From: Barthelona sp. PCE
Taxonomy: Eukaryota
Assembly (NCBI GenBank): GCA_040285745.1
Contig: JAUFOR010000001.1
Coordinates: forward strand, 1,054,001-1,118,000
Reading direction: 5' to 3'
DNA: 64,000 bases
Below the pieces are notes generated by a model that did not search any database, was not told where the DNA came from, and saw nothing but the letters and a program-made list of their open reading frames with translations. Of this stretch, positions 20,895 to 31,208 are shown piece after piece. The position numbers were made by a program, and so were the translations under genes. Position 1 is the first letter of the stretch. Every line of letters begins with the position of its first letter.

Positions 20895-23042
20895 TTACTT
20901 ACCTTCCTTGAGACTGACTGTCAAGTTCATAACTAACTGATCAGCTTTGGTATCAGGATCTATCGTGAAATAACCAACACGCTCCAACTGATATGTGGTT
21001 TCAACGGGCATTGTCTCAACTCCAGCTTCAATAAAACCATGAGCAATCTCGAGAGAATCTTCATTAATATAATTCTCATAGTCTGGTAGACCATCAGGTG
21101 TTTTGTGCGAGAAAAGAAGAGAATAGATACGGTATTCACATGGGATAGCAGTTTCCTGATCTACCCAGTGAAGATTACCTTTGACCTTCCTGTCATAATC
21201 ATCAGCAATTTTCCTAACAACAACATTTGTGGGAGTTCCATTTTCGTCCGTCTCATGTGAAACGTACTCCACGGGCCAGAGATAACGAAGGTTAACCTTA
21301 CCTCCGGGTTTCAAACCGTAGAAACGAGGATGAGCACCCTCAGCCTTAAACGATGATTGATCAATGTAGACCTTGTTGGATGCGCGCATCATACGTGTTC
21401 CGTGCTTGGGCTCAGCAGGATGGTTGGCAACCTCAACCTCTGCACCTTCAAAATCAAGGATAGTGACGGGGAGAGGATGCGTGACACCGAATCTTCTGAG
21501 TGCGTTGGCGTTGTAGTAACGGCGAATCTCAGCATCGAAAGCCATGGGGCTCAGTGATGTGTTATCGTTACGGGTAATAGAGACCTTGGAACAGAACTCT
21601 TTAATGGCTGCTGGATGAACACCACGTCGACGAAGTCCTAACAGAGTCATGAGACGGGGATCGTCAAAGTTGCTAATTTTACCCATCTTAATAAGCCTGT
21701 TGATACGACGCTTGGACATGACGCTATAATCAATGTTAAGGCGAGACATTTCCCACACAAGGGGTTGGTAGAGGCCAAGCTTAATGAGAGGCCAGTGGTA
21801 GGACTCCTGACGAGATTGAAATTCCAATGTACAGAGTGAGTGGGTGATATCCTCGATTGAATCACAAATACAGTGAGTGAAATCATAAGAGGGATAGACA
21901 CACCACTTATCACCTGTACGGGCATGGTGCACGTACTTGATACGGTAAGCAACGAGGTCCCATAGGTTGGGGTTGGGCGATTCAATGTCCATCTTCATAC
22001 GCAGAGAGCATTCACCTTCCTCAAACATACCATCACGCATCATGTGGAAAAGGCGCATGTTCTCCTCGGCTGAGGTATCCCTGAATGGGGAGGCGACCCG
22101 GGCAGCACGTTGCTCTGAGATTTCGTTCTTTGATGAAAAATCAACGTAAGCAAGTTCTTTGCGAATGAGTTCCTCGGCCAGCTCAAATAAGCGATCAAAG
22201 TTATCACTAGCATATGTGATACGGGTAGGGTTATAGCCCATCCACTTGATACAGTCGATAATTAAATCAATGAATTCTTGTTTTTCAGCTGCGGGATTTG
22301 TGTCGTCGAATCTCAAGTTGCATTCTCCACCAGTAGCTTCAGCTTCTCCAAAATCAAGGTACATGGCCTTTGCGTGGCCAATGTGCAGGAAACCATTAGG
22401 CTCAGGAGGGAAACGAGTCACAACCATACCACCTGTGCGATCAAGGTGAGCCTTGAGCAATTCAGGAGGGTTAACCTTATTCTCCTCGGGCTTGGGGAAT
22501 CTTTCACCGGCCTCGGCACCACCTTTCTTCTCAGAGTCCTTTTTAGGAGCGGGTTGCTTCTTCTTCTTACCTCCCTTACGTGCAGCTTTTTCCTGACGCT
22601 TATGTTCTTTAATAGCTTCTTCATCTGCCTCTGTTTTGGGACCGAGGATAGCATTGTAGCGCTCAGAAACACCGTGAAAGCAGTCTCCCTTGGGAATGAA
22701 TGGAAGAATAGCCTTAACATCATCTGTGAGTTCAGCAATGGGCTGAAGGTATCTTAACTCAACGATCTTGGGTTCCCACTTTGCAATGACTGCAGAGATT
22801 GCACCCTCAATCTCATCAGCTGAATAAACAACACCAACACCAGCTTCTTCCTCAATTCTAGACCAATCAAGTTGTTCGGCACTTTCAAGGCCTTTGACAA
22901 TGTCTAAGACACGTGTAAGTTCAGCCTTATCTATAGATTCTTCGTTGATCTTAGCAATGAGATACTCTTGGGCTTCCTCCATTGCTTTCTTCTGAACAAG
23001 CTTAATCATCTGCTTCTTTGTCTTATCTGCTTTAGAAGGCAT
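20895..23042 (-). CDS. QARS1: Glutaminyl-tRNA synthetase (eukaryotic type)
   Basis: TRFPPEPNGFLHIGHAK, LRFDDTNP, THSLCTLEF, VMSKR, DDPRLMTL; eukaryotic N-terminal extension (AGVGVV). Confidence 0.96.
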   Translation of the reverse strand: MPSKADKTKKQMIKLVQKKAMEEAQEYLIAKINEESIDKAELTRVLDIVKGLESAEQLDWSRIEEEAGVGVVYSADEIEGAISAVIAKWEPKIVELRYLQPIAELTDDVKAILPFIPKGDCFHGVSERYNAILGPKTEADEEAIKEHKRQEKAARKGGKKKKQPAPKKDSEKKGGAEAGERFPKPEENKVNPPELLKAHLDRTGGMVVTRFPPEPNGFLHIGHAKAMYLDFGEAEATGGECNLRFDDTNPAAEKQEFIDLIIDCIKWMGYNPTRITYASDNFDRLFELAEELIRKELAYVDFSSKNEISEQRAARVASPFRDTSAEENMRLFHMMRDGMFEEGECSLRMKMDIESPNPNLWDLVAYRIKYVHHARTGDKWCVYPSYDFTHCICDSIEDITHSLCTLEFQSRQESYHWPLIKLGLYQPLVWEMSRLNIDYSVMSKRRINRLIKMGKISNFDDPRLMTLLGLRRRGVHPAAIKEFCSKVSITRNDNTSLSPMAFDAEIRRYYNANALRRFGVTHPLPVTILDFEGAEVEVANHPAEPKHGTRMMRASNKVYIDQSSFKAEGAHPRFYGLKPGGKVNLRYLWPVEYVSHETDENGTPTNVVVRKIADDYDRKVKGNLHWVDQETAIPCEYRIYSLLFSHKTPDGLPDYENYINEDSLEIAHGFIEAGVETMPVETTYQLERVGYFTIDPDTKADQLVMNLTVSLKEGK

Positions 23043-23132
23043 TATAAATGCTTTAAAAAAATAAAATTAGTGAAAAGAGGTGAAATAAAAAAAGTGAGTG
23101 AAAAATTACAACTCTAGTTTATTTTGAATAAC

Positions 23133-24812
23133 TTAATGCTGTTGTTCTTGAGGAGGTGCGGACTTCATAATAGAATCACAACGAATAATCTGTTGAGCGG
23201 CTTCTGCAGCAGAAATAACAACTTGACATTTTGCTCTGAAAGACTCTGTGATACCTAACTCACGAACATTAGTGATTCGAGCGTTTACCATATCCAAACC
23301 GGCATGAATTTCACCGTTATGTTGAGCAGAACGAAGGTTACTGACTAACTCAGCAGAGTCATAACCAGCGTTATCAGCAAGGATGGCAGGAATTCTACGG
23401 AGAGCATTAGCAAAAGACTGGATAGCAAGAGAACGCTTACCAGGGGTCTTAGCAGCCAATTGATCAATATGTTCAGCCATGTAAGATTCAGCGCAACCAC
23501 CACCCCAAACAATCTTGGAATCCTTAATGAGTTGAACTAACACACAGAGGGCATCGTGAATAGAACGTTCGGCTTCATCCAAAACATGATCAGAAGGACC
23601 ACGAAGGATAATAGTACAGGCGCCCTTGGCTTTGCATCCTTCGAATTTAATAAGACGCTTCTCACCAATCATGATTTCAGAAACAACGTCAGCTTCACCC
23701 AAGATTACATTTTCAGGAGAGTCAAAAGTAGAAACGATATCACCACCGAGAACAGCGGAAAGACGCTCGATGCCATCAAAATCAGCATGTCCGATACCCA
23801 TAATGCGGCTATCAGCGAATAACTGATTAGGATAAGGGTAGATGAGCTGTCTGTTAATAAAGACATTACAACCATGGTTGATGATACGCTCAACCTTACG
23901 GGCCATCTTCTTCTTTTCTTCGATCTCGATACCAGCAACCTTATCAGTCTCATCGGTACGGACACGGGCACCAAAGATCTTTACCTTATCAGCATCCATA
24001 TGTGTGTTAGCAATGAGAACCTTGGCGTTTTCGATACGTTTGGGTTGACCGACTCCAATTCTCTTTTGAAGGATGAAACCTTCATCAAGGTAGGAGTCAA
24101 GCAGTGAACCACCAGTAACCTTCACATACGAAATGAGATCAAGGTTGGCTTCACTTTCAACGCGGAGAACAGCATCGACACACATCTTGGCGAAGTATTC
24201 GCGGTCAGCGTTGAGGATCTTTGATGAAAGAGTAGTCTTGGCGACATCAAGCATATCAGCATAGAACTTATCAAAGTTATCGCGGTTATCCTCAGCAATG
24301 AGGGCAAGCTTCTCTACTGCGAGATCAGCAGCCATACCCCAACCCTGGTTGATGATTTGAGGATGGAGAGACTGTTGAAGAAGGTTCTCTCCTTCACGCA
24401 GGAGTTCACCAGCAAGAACAACGACACTGGTTGTACCGTCACCGACTTCGACATCCTGGATCTTTGCAAGATCAATAAGAACCTTTGCACTGGCGTTATT
24501 AACAGCCATTGAAGAAAGAATGGTAGCACCATCATTTGTGATTAGGGTTTGCTTACCACTTGTGGAGATAAGAATCTTATCGAGACCAGCGGGTCCGAGG
24601 GTTGTAGAAACTAAATCAGCGATAGAAGTGGCACCAATGAGGGCTTCCTAAATGTGAGTTGAATTTTGCCATGGCGTTTGACGGGAATGATCGGATCACC
24701 CCGACGCACCTTCTTTCCTTGAAGAAAGCGTTGAAGTACATACTAATCTAGCATTGCTGCCTTTTGCGCTTTCCGCATTCTCTTTGTACACTTGAACTGG
24801 AGCTAATGACAT
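23133..24812 (-). CDS. CCT2: Chaperonin CCT subunit beta; exons 24812-24744 and 24647-23133
   Basis: Spliced N-terminus MSLAPVQVYKENAESAKGSNARL/EALIGATSIADLVSTTLGPAGLDKIL, then TNDGATIL, VGDGTTSV, DKVKIFGARVR and IGHADFDGIERL. Confidence 0.96.
24648..24743 (-). other. Spliceosomal intron, 96 nt, phase 0, internally structured
   Basis: GTATGT...ACTCACATTTAG; contains an in-frame TGA; removal restores the conserved CCT2 N-terminus. Confidence 0.92.
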
Positions 24813-24993
24813 ATTATAAGTTCTCTAAGCCCTTTGAAAGAGTAGTAAATAAAGTTAAAAGTGAAATATGGTTATTCAGTGAATGAATGTATGGTTCGAT
24901 GGGCGGTATGTGCTGTGGCTGCTTACTGTGCACTTTGGATCAATGTTTATATGAATCGCGGTTCGATATTCGAAAGAGAATGTGATGTTTTAG

Positions 24994-25063
24994 TGGATGA
25001 TTGTTTACTATGCTAATGTTGTTTTAATGACTAATAGAACACATGACACTTTTATACGTCTGA
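24994..25063 (+). ncRNA. Candidate box C/D snoRNA
   Basis: C-like TGGATGA (24994-25000), D box CTGA (25060-25063), and CTATGCTAATGT, which is complementary to the widely conserved SSU rRNA segment ACAUUAGCAUGG. No good terminal stem. Confidence 0.3.
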
Positions 25064-25152
25064 TATTCGTCGCTCTTTTGATGAAAATTCTCTGAAACGA
25101 AAGAAAAAAAAGTACCTGTTCAATTTTTTGTGCTTTCAAGTTACTAACGAAT

Positions 25153-25866
25153 TCATTCGTTAATGTCAAAGGAAATGTGTGCAAACTTAACGGGGGAGCT
25201 AGATGGATGCTTCAATTTGGATATACTTAAATCAATTTCTTTCAAATTACTTTGAAAAGCTTCCATATTTGATTTAATGGTCTCCATTAATGTATTAAAA
25301 GCTTTCTCTTCCACAGAAACATCCACAGGGATGTATCCTACTACACCCTTATCTTCTATATCTGGAACTGCAGTAATTCCCACCGAAATCATTGATACTT
25401 GGGGTTCCAACCTGACAACCTCAGTCTTTTGTGTATTTATCTGGTTCTGAACCACAAGGGTTGTTGTAGCCGAACCGTTAAAGAGAACGGGTCCCTCAAA
25501 TTCTGTAGAGTTTTTAGGCAGCTGAATTTCTTCACGTTCAGTGCGTTCCTTCTCCATTTGCTCTGTTTTATCCTCAAGTGCATGTAGTTGTGCTTTCAGT
25601 TTACCGTTCATTTTACGATACACAAAAAAGTTTCTTCTTAGCTCCAATGTATCCAATTTCATTCTGTCAATGATCCCCAGGTATTTCTGTTCGAGATGTT
25701 CCGTCTCATTCTGTGTTTTCAACATTGGAAAATGTAGATAATTGGAAAAACAGATTTCTTAGCGTAAAAACACAACTCCATCGGTGCGCTGTGGTATTAA
25801 GGATGTATTGGGAGGCCCCGGCGCATACTTGTGAGTCATAATAAAAACATTAGCAGGTTTTTCCAT
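25153..25866 (-). CDS. Hypothetical coiled-coil protein; the 5' extension is interrupted by one in-frame TAA (intact ORF 25153-25725)
   Basis: 190-aa ORF; upstream ATGs at 25866 and 25839 are in the same frame and separated from it only by TAA at 25759-25761. Confidence 0.55.
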
Positions 25867-25912
25867 CTTGTTTCTCTTTTCACACCTTTTCCACTTCTTT
25901 TTCACTGCACAG

Positions 25913-28822
25913 ATGAGTTTACCAGATCTTGGCAAACCCTATGATGTTGCTGCGTTTGAGGAGATTTGTACGGTAGCGTTTGACAGTGCTTCAGAGTATC
26001 AGGCGGAAGCGCAAGACCTGTTGGTCGAGTTTAAAGAAAATCACGACTCATGGATTGTCTGTGATGATATTTTGTCAAATTCTGAGAACGAAATAGCACA
26101 ATTTTTGGCTTTGGACATATTGTGTGATCTAATTCGTTACAGATGGCTTATTCTGTCCGACGAAGACCAGCTCTCCTTGCAAGACTTTATTTTCAGTCAG
26201 CTATTAAAGCACGCTGATGAAACTGAAGTTTCAGAAGATGCTGATCGTACAGTTGTTATGCAGTTTGCAAAAGCCGCAGCACTCATTGTTTTCCGTATCC
26301 CAGAGAACATGAACACATTACAAGGCCTGGCTACTTCCAATAACCGGTTAATGGCTATGCTTGAAATCATTGAAGCTGGTTTGGATGAAGAACTGTGGAC
26401 CAGCTCCGATGAGGTGGAAAGCGTATCTGAGCTAGTTGCTGAGACTCTTTCTTCTGTAGAAGACAGTGTTATTTTATGCCAAGCTCTCAAATGCGTAAAG
26501 TTCACCTCGTTACCAATAATGCCTTTGCTCAATTTCTTAGGTTCTGATGAGTTTACAGTCAAAATCAGCTGCCTCCAGGCCATTCTGAACCAAATTGAGA
26601 ATACTGATAACATTGTAACCAGAGATCAACTGAAAGAGTTTTTGGTTGTTTTCTTAGAATTGTTACTTGAATTATTACCTATTAAAGAGGAGGATGCGGA
26701 GAACTATGATTTCGCTCCAGATTTCGATATTGATGATATCACAAAGGAACAACAAAAGTTTTTAAATGTTTTCTTGCAAGTTTTATTAACAACCCTTAAA
26801 AAAGTTTTACCTGATATTATCAAGAGGCATATTGTATTGGACGACGAACTGTTCTTTAAAACATTATGGTACCTCGTATATTTCCTTCCTAATTTCACGT
26901 TTTTGATTGAGTTTTGGAAGTTTTTTTGGTCTACCGTCTTCCAGAGCAACAATGAGGAGTTCTCAGAGTACCTGAAACCTTTCATAAGGCCGTATTTGAA
27001 TATGCTGAATGACGGGTTTCAGGAGCCCGGTATCTACCGACTCGAGATCGAATTTGGACAACAAAAGGAGGTCGAGACGGAGGATACGTACCTGTTTGAT
27101 CTCCAAAAGGAGACATTACGTCATTTAACAGCGATTTTTCCCAGTATCATTTTGAACTTTTACTTTGATGCTTTTGAATACCGAATCGATCCTAAGTATG
27201 CATGGAGTTTCAGCTGCATTTCGGGTATCCTCCCCGAGAAGCAAGAAACAAGATTATTGAGCTTTGTTTTACAACGACTTTTAGATTACTGTGAGGCACA
27301 GAAGCATTCTGAGGATAGAATCGTGATTGCAGGCTGCGTGCTGCTGGTTGCAGTCAGTTTCCGTTCATTCCTTCGTCGCACACCGAATTTCAGAGATGTA
27401 GTGATCAGGAAGATTTTTGACTTTTTCATTGAGGAGAAGGTCAGAGACATGGCAGTTGATATCTGGTATAAGCTATGTACGAACGGCGCTGGTGAGTTTA
27501 AGATCTTGCATCTGAATTGGCTCAAAGTGATCGAGGATAATCTCGACGAAACACAGCAGTTGCGTTTTTACAGTGGCATAGGTCTTGTCATTGCACATAG
27601 AGACACCAAGGACATTAAGCGCGGTGAGCTGAGTGATCTGATGGACGACCACAATGACGAATTCTACACAATGGTCCGCGAAGTGGAGGACGCCGATGAT
27701 GCATCTGATGTGTCTTCGAATATGTATGAGGCACTTGAGTGGTTCTTGAAACTGAACATATCACTGTTGGATGGTCTAAAGGGTGATTTTGAGATGCAAA
27801 TCAAAAAAATTTTTGAAAAATGTATTGCTCTCTTTGAACAAAGTGTATATCTCATTGTTCAGGGAGGATATCACGACTATCTGTGGAAAATCCTCAACCT
27901 TGTCTTGATTTTGTTCACAAAATTCATCAGTTGTGCTAATACTTCTTCTGATATTTACAAAGACTATTTTACTGCAGATTTCTTGGAGAATATCGTGGAT
28001 ATGTTTGTTCAGCTACCCGTTGAGCTCATGAACGAGACGTTCTTGCAGCTGATCGAGGCGATTTTGACCAATTACAGAAGAATGTTTGATAGAGGAGATG
28101 GTTTAGTTAAACTGAAGACATTGATTATGAGAGTCTATGACAGTGTGTTTGAGCACCTTGAGGTTGACCAGCACGAGTATCATGACCTCAGAAGTGCTCT
28201 ATATCGTCTAGTCAATTCATTGGTCAGGTATTTTAGGAAATCATTTAAGTTAAACAGTGACAATAAGGAATTTGTTGTTTCTAATTATGAGTTCCTTTAC
28301 TACGGGTTAGGCAACCCCACCATGATATGTAGGTTGGCATGTAACGCGATGTATCGCTTCTGGAACATGTTTGGACAGGAGCAGAGGTTGACCGAGGAGG
28401 AAGAGGAGTTAAAGGCAGAATTTATTGTTGATTATTATTTTCCTACCATCGAGAGAGTGTTTGAATGTCTAACTGACAAGCTGCATACTAATTACTTGGC
28501 TGATCTGTCAAAGTTACTATTTTGTTTGGTCAAGGTTGTTGATGAAGATTATCTATTTGAATATAACGGTGGTAATGTGAATATATTGGGAGCATTTACT
28601 GTTTTCTTAAATACAAACTTTGGATTATCATTACATAGTGAAGAAATTGAGGATTTCTCTGAGAAGTTCATTGGTAAGAATTCATCTAATTTAGTTGAGT
28701 ATTTTGCTTTAGTTAAGGAATTCTTGCACACATCAACGGAATATAAGTATGAAGATCTGGAGAAAAAAACAGAAAAAATTGAGGATGATGATGTTGATGA
28801 GAGTGAAATGAGTGCTTTGTAA
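25913..28822 (+). CDS. XPO1: Divergent exportin-1/CRM1-like karyopherin
   Basis: IBN_N-like start (AQDLLVEFKENHDSW...FLALDILCDLIRYRW); WSFSCISG...LLDYCE...VIAGCV...FLR...VIRKIFDF...VRDMAVD aligns with the CRM1 NES-groove region; LTDKLH near the C-terminus. Confidence 0.82.
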   Translation: MSLPDLGKPYDVAAFEEICTVAFDSASEYQAEAQDLLVEFKENHDSWIVCDDILSNSENEIAQFLALDILCDLIRYRWLILSDEDQLSLQDFIFSQLLKHADETEVSEDADRTVVMQFAKAAALIVFRIPENMNTLQGLATSNNRLMAMLEIIEAGLDEELWTSSDEVESVSELVAETLSSVEDSVILCQALKCVKFTSLPIMPLLNFLGSDEFTVKISCLQAILNQIENTDNIVTRDQLKEFLVVFLELLLELLPIKEEDAENYDFAPDFDIDDITKEQQKFLNVFLQVLLTTLKKVLPDIIKRHIVLDDELFFKTLWYLVYFLPNFTFLIEFWKFFWSTVFQSNNEEFSEYLKPFIRPYLNMLNDGFQEPGIYRLEIEFGQQKEVETEDTYLFDLQKETLRHLTAIFPSIILNFYFDAFEYRIDPKYAWSFSCISGILPEKQETRLLSFVLQRLLDYCEAQKHSEDRIVIAGCVLLVAVSFRSFLRRTPNFRDVVIRKIFDFFIEEKVRDMAVDIWYKLCTNGAGEFKILHLNWLKVIEDNLDETQQLRFYSGIGLVIAHRDTKDIKRGELSDLMDDHNDEFYTMVREVEDADDASDVSSNMYEALEWFLKLNISLLDGLKGDFEMQIKKIFEKCIALFEQSVYLIVQGGYHDYLWKILNLVLILFTKFISCANTSSDIYKDYFTADFLENIVDMFVQLPVELMNETFLQLIEAILTNYRRMFDRGDGLVKLKTLIMRVYDSVFEHLEVDQHEYHDLRSALYRLVNSLVRYFRKSFKLNSDNKEFVVSNYEFLYYGLGNPTMICRLACNAMYRFWNMFGQEQRLTEEEEELKAEFIVDYYFPTIERVFECLTDKLHTNYLADLSKLLFCLVKVVDEDYLFEYNGGNVNILGAFTVFLNTNFGLSLHSEEIEDFSEKFIGKNSSNLVEYFALVKEFLHTSTEYKYEDLEKKTEKIEDDDVDESEMSAL

Positions 28823-28921
28823 GCCCAGTCGACTATCTAAATAACTAACTAACCTAAACAGAGTAAATTAAATGAAAAATTGAATCCTTAAACACACGCT
28901 TTTATCTTATTTACCTTTTCA

Positions 28922-30990
28922 ATGCCTCGCATCATTCAAAAATCCCACATTTCTGTGCTTGGTGAACCTTGTTTATTAGTTTCAACATCTAAAGCGAGTT
29001 TCCATTTAGATTGAACAGCGATCCTATTCATGAATTTTCATTTGATCAGGGTTTTCAACCTTCTACATGCGGTCTAGAGCTAAGTGTTCATGACGAGATT
29101 ATTGGATCTTATGATGATAGTTTTCAGTGTTTCAATTTACAACAGTTTCCTGCTGATCCAAGTCGTTTTTATTACTTTTACTTCATGGAAAAGGGGCCAC
29201 ATTTTTTATATGTCTATATCCTTGAGGGCGGAAAATTTATACTCGAGAAGAAAAAATGGATGAATGCCATAAAAAGCTATTATACAATGGAATACATTGA
29301 TGAAATGACGCTTTTAGGCAGTGATTTCGATGAAGGATGGTCTATTTATAGATTCAATGACGATGGTGAGGTTATTTCAAAATGGCTAATAGGTCATTGT
29401 GCATATCACATAATTGGTAATTATGTTTTAGCAAAAAGAAGTACAGATAATGCTCTCATCGCACATACCCTTACCATAAAAGATGATGGGGTTTGTCATC
29501 TTACAAGCACAGAACTCTACCGTAATGCAAGATTGTTACGAAAATGCTCTTCAACTAATTGCGTTGTTGATGTCAATTACACAGGGGTTGGATACGCACG
29601 TTTCATAGTTCAATACCTGGATGGGGAAACTTTCAAGAGTTTAGATTTGTTGGAGTTATTCCCTGTTTTATCCACTTGTTTCACAGCATTAGTCTCATTA
29701 TCTTTTTTAAAGCTATCAGTGTCACAGAAAGAATGCGTTATAATGTCCTGGCATCTAGATTCAAATATGATTGTTATTCTAAAGGATGAAAAAATCAATT
29801 TTTCTAAAGTTTCATGTATTAGAAAGTTATACATGATACCCCAAGAATTTTCACTTGAATTTGACCATTTGAATATGTGCAAAGACATGTTTTACTCTCT
29901 AAAAGGTAATATTTTCAAAGTCAACTTATTCCGTTCATTATCATCAATAGTTTTAGGTGTTGATTTTATTAAGAATGATTTTTTTGGTTGTTTAAGTACT
30001 TCTTTATTATTTACCACACGGTATGGAATCTTTTTGATTGATTTGGCAGCTAGAACATGCCTGTATAATAAGAATAATGTTTTAATTGAAAATGTTGAAT
30101 GGTTCAGGACAAAAGGTAGACATATACTATTTTCAAGTGGAGAATGTTTTAGCATATCGCAACAACGAAATGGAAGATTTCGTGATAGAGTGATTGATCA
30201 CATATACAATATTGGAAATTTTGATTTAGAGGAAGGTATATACCCTTCAATATGCATTCACCGTAGGAGTGATTCAATCAAATTTTGCCCACATGTATTC
30301 ATGTTGGATGATGGTGTGGTTTACATCAACACTCCTATTGAACAAGGTATTTGCTGTGTGCTTGAGTACTATGATTTTGTAACAAACGAATGTTATTCAC
30401 TATTCAGCTGCGACTCCAAAGCATTTATTGAGCATGTAACCGAAGATATTATCATTGTTGTTACAGATATCTATCGTTTAGTTTTTAGACGAGATTCCCG
30501 TACAAAATGGAGGGAAGAGCACCGTGTTGAGAAGGGCATATTTGTTAATCCTTTTAACACAGATCTACGTGTTAGTTTCAAGGATAGTTTTCCTGAATTT
30601 ACCTTTGCTGATGGAAAAGCATGTGTAGTGGAAACATCTTCATTTATTACGTTTGTTGATGCAGAAATCGCATTATTTAGCGATGGAATATATTTTATTG
30701 GGCCAGAAAGTGTTAAATTAGTTAATTTGGGAGAATTTGCTCATTTCATCAATGCAAAGGGAGATTTCAGTATTGTTCCAATCAGAGACTTGGAGAAAAA
30801 GATATTTAGCATCACAAGGTACCACACAAGCGGTTCTGAAATAGTGGAAACGGAATGTTTTGGTACAACAGTCGAGGATTTTTTTTCCTCTTGTTCGTAT
30901 CATTCGATGGCTGGGTATTTCCGTGATCATCATGGTATGATTGATGTTGAGCCTACGCGTGTTATTGATCTCTGTGAAATCACAGCTTGA
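28922..30990 (+). pseudogene. Distant 'MPR-start' family member with a frameshift near the 5' end (pseudogene or assembly error)
   Basis: ATG 28922 reads MPRIIQKSH... to TGA at 29012, while the long beta-rich ORF is in another frame, open from 28993. No consensus intron reconciles them. VNPFN and TFVD echo the family motifs. Confidence 0.55.
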
Positions 30991-31208
30991 TTTCGTTTCG
31001 GTTGTATGTTTAACGTGGTATTGTAAATAAATTAAATAATTTTTTCTTGAAAGTGCACTATTTACTGTACTTAAACAATACAAATGCAAGGGTTTGAATT
31101 GCTTCTCGTCTCTCCACACAGTTAAGCACATTGTAAACCATAAACAAATCTTTATTAGCAGATGACAGGGTGTCTTATCTTTTACAACTCTTTACATACA
31201 CTTTATTG

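Noticed and set aside
25905-25915. AG directly before ATG after a pyrimidine tract (also NSA2 and NEK), suggesting spliced-leader trans-splicing
   Set aside because: Most genes here lack an AG near the ATG, and none of these sites has the fused branch-point 12-mer used by the real acceptors.
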